Of a stretch of DNA of 64,000 nucleotides, positions 62,987-64,000 are shown one piece after another; the stretch's first letter is position 1, and every line of letters starts with the position of its first letter. Made by a program: the position numbers and the translations under genes. The notes under the pieces were generated by a model. The model did no database searches, was not told the origin of the DNA, and saw only the letters and a list, made by a program, of their open reading frames with translations. Source of the DNA: a virus; IMG/VR virus record IMGVR_UViG_3300048597_000133, positions 33,523 to 97,522 of that record; one strand, given 5' to 3'.

Positions 62987-64000
62987 CTCACCCCCAGACG
63001 CATTTAGATTCCTACTGCGGTCTTCAAATACAATCAATAGAGTCCCATCTAACACCGGCTTAATACGGGAAGGCGATGAGATTGCTGATGGTAAGACAGG
63101 CTCAGAAGTAGGTATCGTACATTTAGTAGAAGCTAAGATTGACGGCGACCCAGAGCTAAAAGACTCTAGCGCCGGTCTTTACTTTAAAGTAGGCACAACC
63201 TTAGGTTCTGACTCTAGTGACAAAGTAGTCCGCATTGGACCAGTCTACGTGACTACTAATGGTGTTCGTCCAGATGAACGAGAGTTAAATAACACCGACG
63301 TTGATTATACTGGAGCACTTTGGTATCGCGGTGACTCTAAGAACCTGTACATTAACTACACCGGTGAGCATAATGATGCGGCTTGGGAACTACTAAGCGC
63401 TCATTATACTAATGACACTCCGACACCTTTTACTTTTGGTGGTATCCCACAGGGCACTACTTTTGACCGCGCTAGTTTTGAAGAGTTTGTCACTAGACTC
63501 TTATATCCTGATGCCATTATTAACCAAGCGGCACTGAAAATAGACCCAGACCCTATAGGAGTCAATAATCAAGATTTAACTGTAGAGGTGGGTACTGAGA
63601 TTGCTGTGCCTGGCGGCGCCAATCTACGAACTTTATCTATCCAGCCTGGTCCTTATCATCGGATAACTAACGTATCTTATGTAGGGGGCACTAACCCTGA
63701 AGAGCTATTAATAGCAGAGAACGCTTTCCCCGGCGGTTCTTATAGCGGATTAGGTATTAATCGTATATATACTTATAGTCAAGCTACTCCGATGGCGTAT
63801 AACACGCCAGCTACTTTTTATTGGGGTTCTAGACTAACTACTGCATCGGGAAATGTGATTGATGGACAACGGCGGTCCATTAAATGGCGTTATCGAACTT
63901 TTGTAGCCTATAGTGAAAACCCTAATTTGACAGTAGTAGATGACGAAGATTACGGCTCTTTATTAGATAGGGTAACTGAGTGGGAAAAACCTGATGTGGA
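62979..64000 (+). CDS. virion structural protein, runs off the window edge
   Basis: Not in the ORF track; ATG at 62979 overlaps the previous stop; MSNSPPDAFRFLLRSS...GLYFKVG...VRIGP...GALWY resembles the N-terminus of 61250. Confidence 0.65.
   Translation, partial: MSNSPPDAFRFLLRSSNTINRVPSNTGLIREGDEIADGKTGSEVGIVHLVEAKIDGDPELKDSSAGLYFKVGTTLGSDSSDKVVRIGPVYVTTNGVRPDERELNNTDVDYTGALWYRGDSKNLYINYTGEHNDAAWELLSAHYTNDTPTPFTFGGIPQGTTFDRASFEEFVTRLLYPDAIINQAALKIDPDPIGVNNQDLTVEVGTEIAVPGGANLRTLSIQPGPYHRITNVSYVGGTNPEELLIAENAFPGGSYSGLGINRIYTYSQATPMAYNTPATFYWGSRLTTASGNVIDGQRRSIKWRYRTFVAYSENPNLTVVDDEDYGSLLDRVTEWEKPDV

Noticed and set aside
1-64000. tRNA, rRNA or CRISPR loci
   Set aside because: I saw no cloverleaf or T-loop signatures and no regularly spaced 25-45 nt direct repeats by eye; tRNAscan-SE and a CRISPR finder would be needed to exclude them formally.

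Overview
This is a 64-kb segment of a large dsDNA bacteriophage. A cyanobacterial host is likely, based on the gene content. Most genes lie on the minus strand and cover replication, nucleotide metabolism and accessory functions: SNF2 helicase, UDG-like protein, DHH phosphoesterase, endolysin, rIIA/rIIB-like proteins, DNA ligase, kinase-RNA ligase, MazG-like protein, PhoH2, ThyX, dNMP kinase and RecA. A few plus-strand islands encode tail or virion proteins. Two things stand out. (1) About 50 short (mostly 55-75 aa), basic, highly divergent ORFs all begin M-[L/I/V]-x-K (typically MLTK). They are packed head-to-tail in four minus-strand arrays (21.1-25.1, 29.3-33.1, 34.9-36.0, 41.7-42.6 kb), with local subfamilies, decaying copies and a terminator-like hairpin directly before several array starts. 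(2) A family A DNA polymerase is split into two genes about 45 kb apart. The exonuclease/thumb half carries a mini-intein. The palm/fingers half is interrupted by two LAGLIDADG-encoding group I introns in motifs A and C. Also present are two TnpB elements with omega-RNA ends, an HNH gene preceded by a ~340-nt structured non-coding region, and a duplicated tail-fibre/chaperone cassette. All calls come from motif reading by eye; no database searches were run.
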